Source: an uncultured Clostridia bacterium (GTDB lineage: Bacteria > Bacillota > Clostridia > Christensenellales > UBA1242). From it: a stretch of 64,000 nucleotides of DNA. Below, in pieces: positions 61,274 to 64,000 of the stretch; positions within the stretch are counted from its first letter, which is position 1; every line of letters starts with the position of its first letter. The DNA is taken from assembly GCA_944383275.1 (NCBI GenBank), contig CALWOV010000004.1:4957-68956 (forward strand), written 5' to 3'. A program made the translations under genes and the position numbers. A model generated the notes under the pieces. It was not told the DNA's origin and did not search any database. It was given only the letters and a program-made list of their open reading frames with translations.

Positions 61274-61338
61274 ATTTACCTACTTTAAATTAAGTATAAC
61301 ACAACAAAACCTAATTTTAAAGAGATTTCTTATTGTAA

Positions 61339-61370
61339 AAAAAGTCTTACTTTCCTAGATAAGACTTTTT
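61339..61370 (-). terminator. Intrinsic terminator
   Basis: aaaagtctta...taagactttt stem with a T-run on the minus strand. Confidence 0.65.
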
Positions 61371-61431
61371 ATAAATTTTTAATAATTATTATAAGAATAA
61401 TTTATTTATATGAAATGATACTTTTATGTAA

Positions 61432-63387
61432 TTATAAACTTTGGAAAAATTCTTTAATATTATTTTCTGGCCCCTTCTTGCTTTCACGCAATTCTTTTTT
61501 ATATTTTGCAGTGCGTTCTCGGATTGCTTTAATTTCTTCGGCTTGTTTTTTTGCAATTTCATCTTTTTTCTTTTCTAACTTTAATGCGAATGTTGGATAT
61601 GTTGCACAAAGATCATCAAGTTCAGCACGCTTTTCTGGAGTGAGCTTTTCATAGTTTGCAATAGCAGTTTGCACTTCTGCTTTTGCACGTTTAATTAGTT
61701 GATTCCTATTATTATAAAGATAGCTAAATTGCTCCTCGCAACTCATATTTGCAAATTGAGCACGCATTTCTTCGGTAGTTTGACTGTCACTAAGATATTC
61801 TTGTTTGATATAAGTAAATAACCAACCATTAATTTTTACAGGTTTTCTACCAGCTTTATGTTGTTGCTCTGTTTTGTCAGTTGTTGTTTCTTCTATTTTA
61901 GTGGAATTTTGAGTTGAACTATGCATTTTTTCAGCTGTAATATTTTTACTTTCTTTATCTTGATTGCTGTGTGATTCTATACCTTGCTTTTTCTTATTTT
62001 CGACAATATCAACAGTTTCTTTTGTTTCTTTTTGCTTATCTTCCACTTTCTCTAATTTATGTTGATTGTTTAATTGTGTTACTTCCGTTTTGCGTGTTAA
62101 TAGATCTAGCTCAGATACTTTTTCAGAAGTATCATCTTCCACGCTAATATCAATTAATTCAGACTCAGTTGCATCTGCAGATTCAACAGAAAGTACTTTT
62201 GATTTATCAGTTTGGGTAATTCTGCCAATTTTTATTATGGCTTTTTGTTTCTCTAATTGTTTATCTGAATTTACTGATTCACCTTGCTGCTTAATAATTT
62301 TTCCAATTTTTCCTTCTTGAGTAATTCCAAAATGTAGTGCACTAATATGCTTACCTGTTTGACCAAGTGAACTAAGGTCGTAACCATAAGCACTAAACAT
62401 AAGATAACAAGGAAACGCAACATATTTAGGTTGTTGTGAAATTTCTAATAAAAGTTTATTATAATTTTCACTTTCCCCATTTTCACACATCATTACACAA
62501 TCTAACATAACTTTTAATTCAGGTTCATTAACTAAAGACACAACGGCTTGTGGGTTAATATACTTGTTATGCATAGCATCTCTCAATTTGTTAACATAAT
62601 TACACACTAAATCTAATTTTTTATCAAAACATTTTTGCTTGTCTTCGTTGTCATATGGTGATTCATATCTAAAAACAAAATCTTTAAAATTATCATCAAG
62701 TTCCTGAGCAAGTAAACGACTTTGATTTTTTGTTCTATAACCAATCATCATTTCGTGTCTTTCAATATTTGCTAAATCAGCACCAGTAAGAGCAATACCA
62801 GCACGCTTTTTCGCTTCTGTTGCAGCAAAAACAGCATCTACCCCCATATCTACACCCTGTAAAGCACCAATTATGCTATACATATATGAAGTGCCGATTT
62901 GACGTAACTCGTAGTTAGATAAACTTCCTGCTGCTTCTTTTGAACTAAATGAATAATCTATAAATATACTAAGACGATCTCGCAATTTTTTATCCATATC
63001 TTCTATTTTTTCTTTGTGAGATTCGTGTAAATCTTTAGTAAGTCTTATCAAAGAACCAAATGAATTAGCTTTACCCGCTTCAGTAAACACCGTTAAAGTA
63101 GCACTATCTAACTCGTAAATTTTCACACAAAAATCTGCAATCTTATTGATAACTTCTTTACGAGTTTCTAGATCAGAACTATTTCTTAAAACATCTTCTG
63201 CCCAATCTTGAATTTGATTATATTCATTAACCAACTTTTGTGCTTCATTGATATATTTTTGAGAAGTTTCGTTTACTTGAATATCATGTGCGTTAGAACT
63301 GTGAGGAAAACCATACATTTCACGAACACTTCTACTTGTTTTTCCTTTATCTAAAAAAGGACCATCTTTTGAAGGTTTTGCAGACAT
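61432..63387 (-). CDS. Large orphan protein with charged disordered linker and coiled-coil tail
   Basis: 651 aa with promoter TTGACT-17-TATAAT (63424-63452) and AAGGA SD; no recognised motif. Confidence 0.75.
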   Translation of the reverse strand: MSAKPSKDGPFLDKGKTSRSVREMYGFPHSSNAHDIQVNETSQKYINEAQKLVNEYNQIQDWAEDVLRNSSDLETRKEVINKIADFCVKIYELDSATLTVFTEAGKANSFGSLIRLTKDLHESHKEKIEDMDKKLRDRLSIFIDYSFSSKEAAGSLSNYELRQIGTSYMYSIIGALQGVDMGVDAVFAATEAKKRAGIALTGADLANIERHEMMIGYRTKNQSRLLAQELDDNFKDFVFRYESPYDNEDKQKCFDKKLDLVCNYVNKLRDAMHNKYINPQAVVSLVNEPELKVMLDCVMMCENGESENYNKLLLEISQQPKYVAFPCYLMFSAYGYDLSSLGQTGKHISALHFGITQEGKIGKIIKQQGESVNSDKQLEKQKAIIKIGRITQTDKSKVLSVESADATESELIDISVEDDTSEKVSELDLLTRKTEVTQLNNQHKLEKVEDKQKETKETVDIVENKKKQGIESHSNQDKESKNITAEKMHSSTQNSTKIEETTTDKTEQQHKAGRKPVKINGWLFTYIKQEYLSDSQTTEEMRAQFANMSCEEQFSYLYNNRNQLIKRAKAEVQTAIANYEKLTPEKRAELDDLCATYPTFALKLEKKKDEIAKKQAEEIKAIRERTAKYKKELRESKKGPENNIKEFFQSL

Positions 63388-63538
63388 TTTATCGCTACCA
63401 TCCTTTATTATTTTTATAGCTAAATTATATCATAAAAACACAAAAAAGTCAATATGCAAATTTTTTAATAACAGCATATTGACTTGTTAAAAACTATTAA
63501 ATTTATAGTGAAAAAATAGTAAAAATATTAGTTTTTTA

Positions 63539-64000
63539 TTATTGATTATCATAGAATTTAAGCAAACTTTCTTGCAATTCGTGATTATAAAAACGAACAC
63601 TTTTTATTGGTGAAATTAAATAGTTTAAACTTATTAACAAAGCATTCATAATTTTTAAATTGCCAAGTTCTAAACTTTCTAAAGTTGCATCAATAGTAAT
63701 ATTTATCTCATCTTTTCTATCTTGTTTAACTTTATGGTCTTGGTTAACAGTTTCTTGAATTTGCGATAGAATGGTTGAGATTTCATCATAGAAATCACCA
63801 ATTAAATCATTTTCTTCTTCAATATATTCTTCTGTTTCCATTTCTTCCATTGATTCCTCTACTTCTCTTTTTTCAACTTCATATCCAAGCATTTCAAGTG
63901 TTGCATCTCTGAATGGCAAAATTACATTATCTACAAAATCGTTAAAACAATCAACAATAAGCCTGCCTTCTGCATTAAAATAATCACGCACAAAAGAATG
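63539..64000 (-). CDS. Acidic hypothetical protein (C-terminal part; start beyond window)
   Basis: Frame remains open to the window edge upstream of the GTG at 63991. Confidence 0.65.
   Translation of the reverse strand, partial: HSFVRDYFNAEGRLIVDCFNDFVDNVILPFRDATLEMLGYEVEKREVEESMEEMETEEYIEEENDLIGDFYDEISTILSQIQETVNQDHKVKQDRKDEINITIDATLESLELGNLKIMNALLISLNYLISPIKSVRFYNHELQESLLKFYDNQ

Noticed and set aside
1250-62320. Numerous short antisense or overlapping ORFs in the track
   Set aside because: They lie within well-supported genes on the opposite strand or frame and have no motifs or SD sites.

Overview
Very AT-rich chromosomal window of a spore-forming Firmicute (Clostridia-like, probably an uncultured lineage). 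Housekeeping genes: tsaD, prfB, secA, comF-like, recD2, engB, lon, hpf, mcsA-mcsB-clpC (no ctsR), a phosphomutase, dinB, plsC, rluB, scpAB. Sporulation genes: spoIIAA-spoIIAB-sigF, dacB-like, ytfJ, ylbJ and a BclA-like collagen protein. There are 8 tRNAs, including a rare tRNA-Leu(AAG), three DegV paralogs and a stand-alone serine-palmitoyltransferase-like gene. The least explained signals are two. First, a non-coding family of ~150-bp structured repeats: alternating, mutually complementary conserved blocks separated by variable hairpin arms, forming a polarised 4-unit array at 43.0-43.6 kb with eroded copies at ~0.5, ~7.0 and ~28 kb. Second, a set of monocistronic orphan proteins, several ending in the same -QM/-IM C-terminus, two of them with glycine-zipper hydrophobic hairpins. 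No CRISPR array, integrase or transposase was recognised. All product calls come from motif recognition by eye; no database searches were run.
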